Assembly (NCBI GenBank): GCA_000002435.2
Contig: CM018791.1
From: Giardia intestinalis
Taxonomy: Eukaryota
DNA length: 64,000 bases
Reading direction: 5' to 3' (one strand)
The notes under the pieces are model-generated. The model saw only the letters and a program-made list of their open reading frames with translations, had not been told where the DNA came from and made no database searches. Below, piece by piece: positions 1-10,423 of this stretch. The first letter of the stretch is position 1; every line of letters starts with the position of its first letter. Both the position numbers and the translations under genes were made by a program.

Positions 1-885
1 AGAGATTTCTATAAGGTTGTCTTGTACAATCCACACTCAAAGAATGAGATAGTATCAGCTTCACTTTATATCATATCCGTAGGTGTATCTGGCACCTAAG
101 GGCTTTGAAAGACTCTTTGATTGTCAAAAATAATCATCTGACAATCACTTGACTATTGGAGCATGTAATTAGTGTAAATAGTGTATATTTCATTTTCATG
201 ATTTGAAAGGTATTTAGAATACGTTTTAAAGCAGCAACTCTTTTAAATTAGAAAGATATTTTGCTGATTTTGGTTTGACGTATATCACGACAGTCACTCT
301 GCTGTGCGCACTGTGAATTGCAAACCCCACAGCCTCGAAGCGTTCTGGAGACCAAAGCAGAATTACTCTCGCATTGGTAATAGGGGACCTTGGAGTCCCT
401 ATAGTAGTAAGCTTTCCTTTCAGAAGCCATCCCTTATGTTAATTAACTGTAATCAGCTACACTATGCATGTTTCAATACTCAACTGAGTCTTCATGTATG
501 ATCAGGTCAATCTCTGCAGTTAGATAGGCATTTAATAGCACCTGGTGTACTCTCAAGCTTTACACAATCTAATAGTTAATACCACAACATTTGTCAAGCC
601 TGTGAAAACATTGAAGAACCCACTTTTCATAGACGCTTTTCTACAACCGTTAATGATTTGATCAATACTCACTATAACGTCCCTCTACTACTGTACACCT
701 GCTGTAATATAAATTTAGTATGACAAAAGCTACCGATGAATGTTGTATATGAGTAGACATCCTCACTCCTTCACCACATCTTTTTTATTGGCAGAGGCTC
801 GGTCCTTAAGTGAGAGTACTAGTCTATTTCATCCTTGTTATAGAGAAAGTGTAAGCATTATTGCAAACCCAGAGATTGTAATTGA

Positions 886-3800
886 CAGGCATATACTACC
901 TCCATGTCTGCACTCTGGATGCAACAACCACAGCGCAGCTGCATCTCCGATCATTCTGTGCACGCCTTCTGGCACGGGCAGGTGCGCCGGAGGGGGTGTA
1001 CTGCCCACCGCCGAGAAATGGATGAGCTCCTGGTCGGCCCGCCCCGCCTGGAACTTAGAGACCGCCATTCACGGCCGTGAAGAGAGTTCTCGCAAGTAAA
1101 TCTCTCGGGTTGATTCACACGGCGGGTAACCATCCGGTAGAATTCCGTATTGAATTAACTCGCTTAATTAAAAAGTTAGTATCCACGACAATATGGTGAG
1201 GCCCTGCCTGACCGTGGAAAATCAGTCAAAGGTGCTGCGCTGGCTTGCCACAGAGATCATAAACGCAATCCATCCAGAGGAGACGGTGGAGGACCTTCTT
1301 GCAAACCCGTGTCTGCTCCACTCGTACATGCTCAAAACATCCGTGGACTGGCATTGGATCTCTAACGAGGTTGGCGTGGACGAGAAGAAGGTTTCTCGTT
1401 GGTACTATGAAACGCACCTGCGCCACATCCTAACTATAAAGATGACTAACGAAGACCGTGGAGAGATTCGCAAGATTATCATCAATTGGATCCGCTGCCA
1501 GCAAGTTCCAGACGAGCGGCTTTACCAAGCAATTCATGAGAAGTTTGGAAAGAAGTACTCGCGTCAAGAGCTACGGATGACGTACTACAATATGCTTAAC
1601 AGTCGTTGCATACGGGCCGTCCTTACTGAGTGCAATATTCAGCGTCCGACAAGGCGGAGAAGGCCTCCTGAAACAGAGCGTGCAGGGCTATCTTCCTCGA
1701 CCGTCCTTCACATACCCGGGTATGCTTCCGGTCCTCAACCAGCCCCCTTAGACCATAGAAAGTTGTCCCAGTCAAGTACTCACAAGTATTCTCCAGAAGC
1801 AGCCTCTTTCTCTCAGATTGACGTCAAGGCAGAAAGTGGACTGAATAACGATATTCCAGATGAACCCGTTACCTTTAGTCCTCTTGCATTCCAGAGCATT
1901 GCCCAACAGCAACCGTACATTAAGCTACTCAATCTACAGTCAGTCCCGCTCTCCCTCGATATTAACGGCCAATTAGCATGCATCCCCCTAATCATAGTTG
2001 AGCCAGGAGCCAACATCTGGTCCATTACTCCCAATGAGGAGCCAGTGGGAGGCGCTGGACAGTAGCGTTCTTTGGTATTGCTCTTCTAACTCATGATAAA
2101 GGATTTGCCGCCTTTTATCTTGCAGAAGACTAGACTTATCTGTACCCCACACTTGATTGCAGATGCAGCAGGACCATGTGCAGGCCATGAAGGTCACGCA
2201 TTGACAAAGCAAACTGGAATTATTCACAGAGGTGGTTTTTGGCAAACTTGTAATCTAGTGGCACGTCATCTTTGGGCTAAGTTGCCTAACTTCTAATCGT
2301 ATATCTACGGCTTCCCTATTTACGCGGTTCTTTGCAGGAGCTAGACCTACTGAAGCATACTTAGCACATAATTCCGCAGATGAGGATACGCGATAATATT
2401 ATCAGCATCCCAATCTCATTCTTGTCAATAACGAATGTATCGATCCACAGATGCTAGTTTCTATCAGCCGAATTAGACTCGCTTAGCAGCCCGTAGAGAT
2501 GATGTAGCTCACCACCGAAGTACTTCCACATCTGCTTTTTTCCGTTTTAGACATAAAGTTGGAACTCATTATTTACCCCGTCAATGATTTTCTGCGTTCA
2601 CTGATGGGTGTATATTATTCTATATTGTCAGTTATCTAGGGACCTCTTTCATAGGAGCGCCACATCAACCCCCTTTATGTTCCTCTTACATTTTATTATG
2701 TGCTTTACATCTTCTTGTCTATCAATATTCACACCCCCATGGATATGCCAGATACATATCTGTATCATATGCTACTGTGATCATAGGTTTGTTGTAAATA
2801 AGGGTGTGATCGGTACCACCACAGAACTCGTTAAACCCTGTCTGCCTTGAGAGTACGCTAATGGGACTACATGCTCAATCTGAGCAGATGTCTGTGGGCT
2901 TGTGTGCTAGCTGGAATAAGATAGGTGACTACTCTGTATGATCATCCTGTTATCATGATTAGGTAGCCGCGAAAGATTAGACGTCATTGCAGGAGCAGAC
3001 AAGGCACTAGGACAGCGATTTGCTTTCCAAGGATGACGTGGATTAATAGGTTAGTAGGCAGTTCTTGGATGCAGGAGTATTAGTGGATTTGTAGACTCGC
3101 GTAGTTATGCATACAGGTCATGGTAGGGGCTCTGGTAATTCTCTGATGGTGGCCCACTTTGGCAAGAGCTCAGCTGGGAAAGGCAAGGCGCTGGACGAGG
3201 ACGCGGAGAAAGTTCGGCACCCCGTGTTCCCACGACGTCTCCGATCGCAGTACTGGCGGGGCCTGACGGCGCTTCTCTTCTTAATTCGGAACGAGTTAAG
3301 GAGTTTCCGCCGTAGGATGGCCGAACTGGCGGCTGAGGGAGCTGTGCGATGTGTCAGAGATTGTTAGAGATTCATACTGTATATTGTGCAATGGCTAACG
3401 TGTATGGGTGTCCCACCGAAGACCCGGTGAAGGATGGCACCGGAGATGAGACAGGATGACCCCTGGTGGAGGAGACCACGGTGCGGGCTTGCCTGCAGAT
3501 GCCGTGGCTAAAATCTCAGCCCGTCCAGGAATCTAACAGAGATTATGCAGCCGGACACTGGGACCTACCGGAGAGCCGCATCGCCCCTGCACGAGCCAGC
3601 AAGCACTGCCTTCGACCCGACCACAGTTGGGAACGCTCATGTCCGTGGATGCCGTCGGTCAGGTCCCTGAAGACCACCCTGCTCACAGCCCCAGGGATCC
3701 CTCTGCAGACTCTGATTTCTATATCCCTGGGGTAGATGTTTGCGGATAGCGGCACAGGGCTCAGCAGAACCGCCAGAAGATCCGCAGCACACTGTCATTA

Positions 3801-4727
3801 ACTATAAACGTCTTGCGGTATTCATTCCATGGCTAAGCCACCAATAATGGCACTGGAACTGGAGTAAGACACTTCTAGGGTGCGACTACAGGACCGTGGA
3901 GGAGCTTCCTTCCCACGAAGGAGACCCTGCAGCTAGGGCGTGGTCCATCAACGCTTAGAACTGCACACCTTGGTAGAAGCAGAGCCAAGCCCACACTTAG
4001 AAATCGATGGCTGCCCTCTTGGACCCCGCACATGGTAATAGCTATAGAAAAGAGCTTGGGCAAGGAGATCACGCGGACCAGGTGTACCCGGACTGAGAAG
4101 CGTCTACTTCATCAAGTAACGGTAACCGGTCTATGCACACAGACCATGTTTGGCGGCAAGCTCCCCTGTAGCTCATGTATACACTGCGAACCGCTGCCTA
4201 GAGGCTTGCGTTGGAGATGCTGCAAGACACTAATGGTTGAAAGGTGTGACTAGCCGTTCTTCTAGATATCGTCTCTTTGGATGCGCCGGGTACCTAAGGC
4301 GATAGTCCAGCGCTGCACGCCTTGACTGCCACGGGCCTTGTGCATAGCCGACCAGGTGCCCGACACACGCCGCTTGGGAGTGCCCAGACCACACGGTGCC
4401 GTAATCGGGCTGCTAAGGTGCGAGAGATGGTGCACAGAGGCGCATATCAGAGCCAAGAGTCTGTGTGTCGCCTGCCTCTGGGTGGAATAGTTGTACAATA
4501 GTAGGGGGTGCTCATTGCCATACAGAAGCGGGCACGGCAAAACATGGAGGCGCGGTCCTACCGCAGGATTCGACGGATGCTCGGAGACAGGTGGTCCAAC
4601 GGTTTTATGGAATGACGGCGCAACGGCCATGGAGTGGGCAGGTGCAATAGGCGATGCGTTTACTACCTAAGTACACAGCTAAGTCTACGCCTTCCCCCTG
4701 CACAGGAACCACCAGCAGAGGAAGCCG
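886..4727. repeat. Left arm of a large inverted repeat, about 3.84 kb. It is the reverse complement of about 7763..11603. The inner end carries a VSP 3'-end remnant, and the arm contains one copy of a 290-aa Myb-like gene.
   Basis: Every six-frame ORF in 951..4650 reappears with identical translation on the opposite strand in 7839..11538, for example 1193..2065(+) = 10424..11296(-) and 4262..4630(-) = 7859..8227(+). Coordinate sums are constant at about 12489. The outer boundary was read at 886/11603, where the sequences diverge abruptly. One a/g mismatch was seen at 3925 versus 8564, giving V/I in the 65-aa ORFs. Confidence 0.85.
1193..2065 (+). CDS. Hypothetical protein with two tandem Myb/SANT-like repeats in the N-terminal 150 aa and a low-complexity C-terminal tail. 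This is the left-arm copy.
   Basis: A 290-aa ORF with an ATG start. The motifs ...DWHWISNEVGVDEKKVSRWYYETHL... and ...FGKKYSRQELRMTYYNMLN... resemble Myb repeats (W-x18-W and GKxxxQCRERWHNHLN-like with W replaced by Y). It is identical to 10424..11296(-) and about 40% identical over about 145 aa to the 12040..12849(-) paralog. Confidence 0.6.
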   Translation: MVRPCLTVENQSKVLRWLATEIINAIHPEETVEDLLANPCLLHSYMLKTSVDWHWISNEVGVDEKKVSRWYYETHLRHILTIKMTNEDRGEIRKIIINWIRCQQVPDERLYQAIHEKFGKKYSRQELRMTYYNMLNSRCIRAVLTECNIQRPTRRRRPPETERAGLSSSTVLHIPGYASGPQPAPLDHRKLSQSSTHKYSPEAASFSQIDVKAESGLNNDIPDEPVTFSPLAFQSIAQQQPYIKLLNLQSVPLSLDINGQLACIPLIIVEPGANIWSITPNEEPVGGAGQ

Positions 4728-4756
4728 ACGAGCACAGTGACAGCAATGTACAGGAA
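4685..4756 (-). pseudogene. VSP C-terminal remnant: a transmembrane-like segment plus the CRGKA tail and stop. It is oriented away from the intact VSP gene.
   Basis: The minus-strand ORF 4685..4906 ends ...FLYIAVTVLVGFLCWWFLCRGKA-stop. Only the last 23 codons or so are VSP-like, and the upstream part of the ORF has no VSP features such as CxxC. The last 14 codons, the stop and the AGTAAAC signal (reverse-complemented at 4658..4664) are identical to the intact VSP. The preceding LVG codons differ only at synonymous positions (ctc gtc ggc versus ctt gtg ggc). Confidence 0.7.
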
Positions 4757-4987
4757 TGCATCCCGAACAATCATTCCACAAGAGAGGTGCGGTCTGAGTC
4801 TAGCCTCAACTGGTCCTATTTCTATGGAAGTCAGGAGGAACTGCACTGTCAGCTGGCCTCCGGTGGGCGTACTCCTATCTCGTCCTTCTCCAGTCCAACT
4901 GATCAAGGAGAGTAAGAGCGGCTGTCTCTTACTGCTCGCGGTAACACATCAGCCTGACGGAAGAGCAGTGGCATACGAACCCGGCTA

Positions 4988-7804
4988 ATGTTGGTAGGAT
5001 TTCTCTTAGTTTTTGTGGTAACACAGGCCAACTGCGCACAAGAGCTGACCCAGGCAGGCTGCAAGACGTGTGTCGGGGCAGACGCCGCCCAGACGTGTAC
5101 GGAGTGCACAACTTCTGGACACAAGGTACAGCTCGATAAAAGAAGCTGCGGCCCCACCTGCCCGGCGCACTCCACGGCCAGCTCGAACGTCTGCGAGTGC
5201 GACCAGGGATACACGCCCAACGCCGGGAAGACCGCGTGCGAGCCCAATCCCAGCGCGGGATGCGCACAAGAGCTGACCCAGGCAGGCTGCAAGACGTGTG
5301 TCGGGGCAGACGCCGCCCAGACGTGTACGGAGTGCACAACTTCTGGACACAAGGTACAGCTCGATAAAAGAAGCTGCGGCCCCACCTGCCCGGCGCACTC
5401 CACGGCCAGCTCGAACGTCTGCGAGTGCGACCAGGGATACACGCCCAACGCCGGGAAGACCGCGTGCGAGCCCAATCCCAGCGCGGGATGCGCACAAGAG
5501 CTGACCCAGGCAGGCTGCAAGACGTGTGTCGGGGCAGACGCCGCCCAGACGTGTACGGAGTGCACAACTTCTGGACACAAGGTACAGCTCGATAAAAGAA
5601 GCTGCGGCCCCACCTGCCCGGCGCACTCCACGGCCAGCTCGAACGTCTGCGAGTGCGACCAGGGATACACGCCCAACGCCGGGAAGACCGCGTGCGAGCC
5701 CAATCCCAGCGCGGGATGCGCACAAGAGCTGACCCAGGCAGGCTGCAAGACGTGTGTCGGGGCAGACGCCGCCCAGACGTGTACGGAGTGCACAACTTCT
5801 GGACACAAGGTACAGCTCGATAAAAGAAGCTGCGGCCCCACCTGCCCGGCGCACTCCACGGCCAGCTCGAACGTCTGCGAGTGCGACCAGGGATACACGC
5901 CCAACGCCGGGAAGACCGCGTGCGAGCCCAATCCCAGCGCGGGATGCGCACAAGAGCTGACCCAGGCAGGCTGCAAGACGTGTGTCGGGGCAGACGCCGC
6001 CCAGACGTGTACGGAGTGCACAACTTCTGGACACAAGGTACAGCTCGATAAAAGAAGCTGCGGCCCCACCTGCCCGGCGCACTCCACGGCCAGCTCGAAC
6101 GTCTGCGAGTGCGACCAGGGATACACGCCCAACGCCGGGAAGACCGCGTGCGAGCCCAATCCCAGCGCGGGATGCGCACAAGAGCTGACCCAGGCAGGCT
6201 GCAAGACGTGTGTCGGGGCAGACGCCGCCCAGACGTGTACGGAGTGCACAACTTCTGGACACAAGGTACAGCTCGATAAAAGAAGCTGCGGCCCCACCTG
6301 CCCGGCGCACTCCACGGCCAGCTCGAACGTCTGCGAGTGCGACCAGGGATACACGCCCAACGCCGGGAAGACCGCGTGCGAGCCCAATCCCAGCGCGGGA
6401 TGCGCACAAGAGCTGACCCAGGCAGGCTGCAAGACGTGTGTCGGGGCAGACGCCGCCCAGACGTGTACGGAGTGCACAACTTCTGGACACAAGGTACAGC
6501 TCGATAAAAGAAGCTGCGGCCCCACCTGCCCGGCGCACTCCACGGCCAGCTCGAACGTCTGCGAGTGCGACCAGGGATACACGCCCAACGCCGGGAAGAC
6601 CGCGTGCGAGCCCAATCCCAGCGCGGGATGCGCACAAGAGCTGACCCAGGCAGGCTGCAAGACGTGTGTCGGGGCAGACGCCGCCCAGACGTGTACGGAG
6701 TGCACAACTTCTGGACACAAGGTACAGCTCGATAAAAGAAGCTGCGGCCCCACCTGCCCGGCGCACTCCACGGCCAGCTCGAACGTCTGCGAGTGCGACC
6801 AGGGATACACGCCCAACGCCGGGAAGACCGCGTGCGAGGTGGCCTCTAACACGCAGTGTAATACTCCCAACTGCAAGATCTGTGATAACCCCAAAACAGA
6901 CAATGAAATCTGCACTGAATGTAATGACGGCGACTACCTCACTCCAACAAAGCAGTGTACGCAAAGCTGCGGAGCAATAGGAAGCTACTACAACGGAGAC
7001 AAAGTGTGCGAGCCCTGTAATCCTAGCTGTGCTGCGTGCACCACAAAGGGACCAGCGAAGTGCACGCTGTGTCCTCCCGGGAAGAGGCTCCAGTACACAG
7101 ATGAGAACAGTCCATCAAGCGGTACTTGCGTAGATGAGTGCAAGCCCCAGAGTGGAGCTAGCGGATGCGAGACCTGCGGAGCCACCATCGGAGGGACAAA
7201 GTATTGCTCGAAGTGCAGCACATCCACGGAGGTCCCCGTCAACGGAGTCTGTACAGCAGACAATGCCCGCGCGCCCGTATGCTCGAAAAAGGACAATCAG
7301 GGAGGGTGCACTACGTGTGCCAGTGGGTACTTCCGCCAGGACAACGGCTGCTATAAGACTGACAGACAGCCAGGCAAACAGATATGTACACTAGCTGATA
7401 GCAATGGTGGATGTCAGGCGTGTGCCAATGGTCTTCCTCCTAGTTCTTCTGACGTATGCCCCTCGTGTCATTTCACCTGCAAGACATGCTCGACCGCAGA
7501 CACTGCAAATACTTGTACAACGTGTGCAACTGGGTACTATATGGTCGGATCAGCAGCTGGACCATGCACTTCGTGTGACAGCAACAGTGGAAGTGTCAAG
7601 GGAGTTGCTGGCTGCATGAGCTGCGCTCCTCCATCTAATAATCAAGGCTCCGTCCTTTGCTACCTCATAAAGGATACCGGTAGCACCAACAGGAGCGGCC
7701 TCTCCACGGGGGCCATCGTGGGGATCTTCGTCGCAGTCATCGTTGTTGTGGGGGGCCTTGTGGGCTTCCTCTGCTGGTGGTTCCTGTGCAGGGGGAAGGC
7801 GTAG
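4988..7804 (+). CDS. vsp: Variant-specific surface protein (VSP), 938 aa. It has an N-terminal signal peptide, eight identical 76-aa Cys-rich repeats, a CxxC-rich body, a transmembrane helix and the invariant CRGKA cytoplasmic tail.
   Basis: ATG at 4988. The N-terminus MLVGFLLVFVVTQANC is hydrophobic. The protein is about 12% Cys with many CxxC motifs. The C-terminus ...GAIVGIFVAVIVVVGGLVGFLCWWFLCRGKA is the hallmark of the Giardia VSP family. AGTAAAC follows 21 nt after the TAG stop. Confidence 0.95.
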   Translation: MLVGFLLVFVVTQANCAQELTQAGCKTCVGADAAQTCTECTTSGHKVQLDKRSCGPTCPAHSTASSNVCECDQGYTPNAGKTACEPNPSAGCAQELTQAGCKTCVGADAAQTCTECTTSGHKVQLDKRSCGPTCPAHSTASSNVCECDQGYTPNAGKTACEPNPSAGCAQELTQAGCKTCVGADAAQTCTECTTSGHKVQLDKRSCGPTCPAHSTASSNVCECDQGYTPNAGKTACEPNPSAGCAQELTQAGCKTCVGADAAQTCTECTTSGHKVQLDKRSCGPTCPAHSTASSNVCECDQGYTPNAGKTACEPNPSAGCAQELTQAGCKTCVGADAAQTCTECTTSGHKVQLDKRSCGPTCPAHSTASSNVCECDQGYTPNAGKTACEPNPSAGCAQELTQAGCKTCVGADAAQTCTECTTSGHKVQLDKRSCGPTCPAHSTASSNVCECDQGYTPNAGKTACEPNPSAGCAQELTQAGCKTCVGADAAQTCTECTTSGHKVQLDKRSCGPTCPAHSTASSNVCECDQGYTPNAGKTACEPNPSAGCAQELTQAGCKTCVGADAAQTCTECTTSGHKVQLDKRSCGPTCPAHSTASSNVCECDQGYTPNAGKTACEVASNTQCNTPNCKICDNPKTDNEICTECNDGDYLTPTKQCTQSCGAIGSYYNGDKVCEPCNPSCAACTTKGPAKCTLCPPGKRLQYTDENSPSSGTCVDECKPQSGASGCETCGATIGGTKYCSKCSTSTEVPVNGVCTADNARAPVCSKKDNQGGCTTCASGYFRQDNGCYKTDRQPGKQICTLADSNGGCQACANGLPPSSSDVCPSCHFTCKTCSTADTANTCTTCATGYYMVGSAAGPCTSCDSNSGSVKGVAGCMSCAPPSNNQGSVLCYLIKDTGSTNRSGLSTGAIVGIFVAVIVVVGGLVGFLCWWFLCRGKA
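5033..6838 (+). repeat. In-frame tandem array of 7.9 copies of a 228-bp unit inside the VSP gene. All full copies are identical at the nucleotide level.
   Basis: Alternate-frame ORFs recur at exactly 228-bp spacing (5070, 5298 ... 6666). The sequence lines at 5041-5100 and 6181-6240 (5 x 228 bp apart) are letter-for-letter identical. The unit encodes AGCAQELTQAGCKTCVGADAAQTCTECTTSGHKVQLDKRSCGPTCPAHSTASSNVCECDQGYTPNAGKTACEPNPS, with 10 Cys. The last copy diverges at ...KTACEVASNTQ. Confidence 0.95.
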
Positions 7805-7824
7805 ACTTAGCTGTGTACTTAGGT

Positions 7825-7831
7825 AGTAAAC
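7825..7831 (+). promoter_or_regulatory. Giardia polyadenylation signal AGTAAAC (consensus AGTPuAAPy) downstream of the VSP stop.
   Basis: agtaaac lies 21 nt 3' of the TAG at 7802..7804. A mirrored copy (gtttact) sits at 4658..4664 downstream of the remnant on the minus strand. Confidence 0.7.
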
Positions 7832-10423
7832 GCATCGCCTATTGCACCTGCCCACTCCATGGCCGTTGCGCCGTCATTCCATAAAACCGTTGGACCACCT
7901 GTCTCCGAGCATCCGTCGAATCCTGCGGTAGGACCGCGCCTCCATGTTTTGCCGTGCCCGCTTCTGTATGGCAATGAGCACCCCCTACTATTGTACAACT
8001 ATTCCACCCAGAGGCAGGCGACACACAGACTCTTGGCTCTGATATGCGCCTCTGTGCACCATCTCTCGCACCTTAGCAGCCCGATTACGGCACCGTGTGG
8101 TCTGGGCACTCCCAAGCGGCGTGTGTCGGGCACCTGGTCGGCTATGCACAAGGCCCGTGGCAGTCAAGGCGTGCAGCGCTGGACTATCGCCTTAGGTACC
8201 CGGCGCATCCAAAGAGACGATATCTAGAAGAACGGCTAGTCACACCTTTCAACCATTAGTGTCTTGCAGCATCTCCAACGCAAGCCTCTAGGCAGCGGTT
8301 CGCAGTGTATACATGAGCTACAGGGGAGCTTGCCGCCAAACATGGTCTGTGTGCATAGACCGGTTACCGTTACTTGATGAAGTAGACGCTTCTCAGTCCG
8401 GGTACACCTGGTCCGCGTGATCTCCTTGCCCAAGCTCTTTTCTATAGCTATTACCATGTGCGGGGTCCAAGAGGGCAGCCATCGATTTCTAAGTGTGGGC
8501 TTGGCTCTGCTTCTACCAAGGTGTGCAGTTCTAAGCGTTGATGGACCACGCCCTAGCTGCAGGATCTCCTTCGTGGGAAGGAAGCTCCTCCACGGTCCTG
8601 TAGTCGCACCCTAGAAGTGTCTTACTCCAGTTCCAGTGCCATTATTGGTGGCTTAGCCATGGAATGAATACCGCAAGACGTTTATAGTTAATGACAGTGT
8701 GCTGCGGATCTTCTGGCGGTTCTGCTGAGCCCTGTGCCGCTATCCGCAAACATCTACCCCAGGGATATAGAAATCAGAGTCTGCAGAGGGATCCCTGGGG
8801 CTGTGAGCAGGGTGGTCTTCAGGGACCTGACCGACGGCATCCACGGACATGAGCGTTCCCAACTGTGGTCGGGTCGAAGGCAGTGCTTGCTGGCTCGTGC
8901 AGGGGCGATGCGGCTCTCCGGTAGGTCCCAGTGTCCGGCTGCATAATCTCTGTTAGATTCCTGGACGGGCTGAGATTTTAGCCACGGCATCTGCAGGCAA
9001 GCCCGCACCGTGGTCTCCTCCACCAGGGGTCATCCTGTCTCATCTCCGGTGCCATCCTTCACCGGGTCTTCGGTGGGACACCCATACACGTTAGCCATTG
9101 CACAATATACAGTATGAATCTCTAACAATCTCTGACACATCGCACAGCTCCCTCAGCCGCCAGTTCGGCCATCCTACGGCGGAAACTCCTTAACTCGTTC
9201 CGAATTAAGAAGAGAAGCGCCGTCAGGCCCCGCCAGTACTGCGATCGGAGACGTCGTGGGAACACGGGGTGCCGAACTTTCTCCGCGTCCTCGTCCAGCG
9301 CCTTGCCTTTCCCAGCTGAGCTCTTGCCAAAGTGGGCCACCATCAGAGAATTACCAGAGCCCCTACCATGACCTGTATGCATAACTACGCGAGTCTACAA
9401 ATCCACTAATACTCCTGCATCCAAGAACTGCCTACTAACCTATTAATCCACGTCATCCTTGGAAAGCAAATCGCTGTCCTAGTGCCTTGTCTGCTCCTGC
9501 AATGACGTCTAATCTTTCGCGGCTACCTAATCATGATAACAGGATGATCATACAGAGTAGTCACCTATCTTATTCCAGCTAGCACACAAGCCCACAGACA
9601 TCTGCTCAGATTGAGCATGTAGTCCCATTAGCGTACTCTCAAGGCAGACAGGGTTTAACGAGTTCTGTGGTGGTACCGATCACACCCTTATTTACAACAA
9701 ACCTATGATCACAGTAGCATATGATACAGATATGTATCTGGCATATCCATGGGGGTGTGAATATTGATAGACAAGAAGATGTAAAGCACATAATAAAATG
9801 TAAGAGGAACATAAAGGGGGTTGATGTGGCGCTCCTATGAAAGAGGTCCCTAGATAACTGACAATATAGAATAATATACACCCATCAGTGAACGCAGAAA
9901 ATCATTGACGGGGTAAATAATGAGTTCCAACTTTATGTCTAAAACGGAAAAAAGCAGATGTGGAAGTACTTCGGTGGTGAGCTACATCATCTCTACGGGC
10001 TGCTAAGCGAGTCTAATTCGGCTGATAGAAACTAGCATCTGTGGATCGATACATTCGTTATTGACAAGAATGAGATTGGGATGCTGATAATATTATCGCG
10101 TATCCTCATCTGCGGAATTATGTGCTAAGTATGCTTCAGTAGGTCTAGCTCCTGCAAAGAACCGCGTAAATAGGGAAGCCGTAGATATACGATTAGAAGT
10201 TAGGCAACTTAGCCCAAAGATGACGTGCCACTAGATTACAAGTTTGCCAAAAACCACCTCTGTGAATAATTCCAGTTTGCTTTGTCAATGCGTGACCTTC
10301 ATGGCCTGCACATGGTCCTGCTGCATCTGCAATCAAGTGTGGGGTACAGATAAGTCTAGTCTTCTGCAAGATAAAAGGCGGCAAATCCTTTATCATGAGT
10401 TAGAAGAGCAATACCAAAGAACG

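Noticed and set aside
248-740. Small ORFs of 60-65 aa at the left window edge.
   Set aside because: They are short, AT-rich and without motifs. The region is probably intergenic or the edge of a gene outside the window.
4634-4915. The ORF pair MGRCNRRCVYYLSTQLSLRLPPAQEPPAEEA... (4634..4915+ and 7550..7855-).
   Set aside because: These are the antisense reading of the shared VSP 3' end (CRGKA/transmembrane codons and 3' UTR), so they appear once per arm as a by-product of the palindrome. No start context or motif supports them.
4903-6964. Three long minus-strand ORFs (670, 592 and 652 aa) antisense to the VSP repeat array, plus eight 68-aa plus-strand alternate-frame ORFs at 228-bp spacing.
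   Set aside because: They arise only because the 228-bp unit is a multiple of 3 and stop-free in several frames. Their translations are low-complexity Arg/Pro/Ala-rich repeats. The alternate-frame ORFs start at GTG. The VSP frame is the only one with a signal peptide, CxxC motifs and the CRGKA tail.
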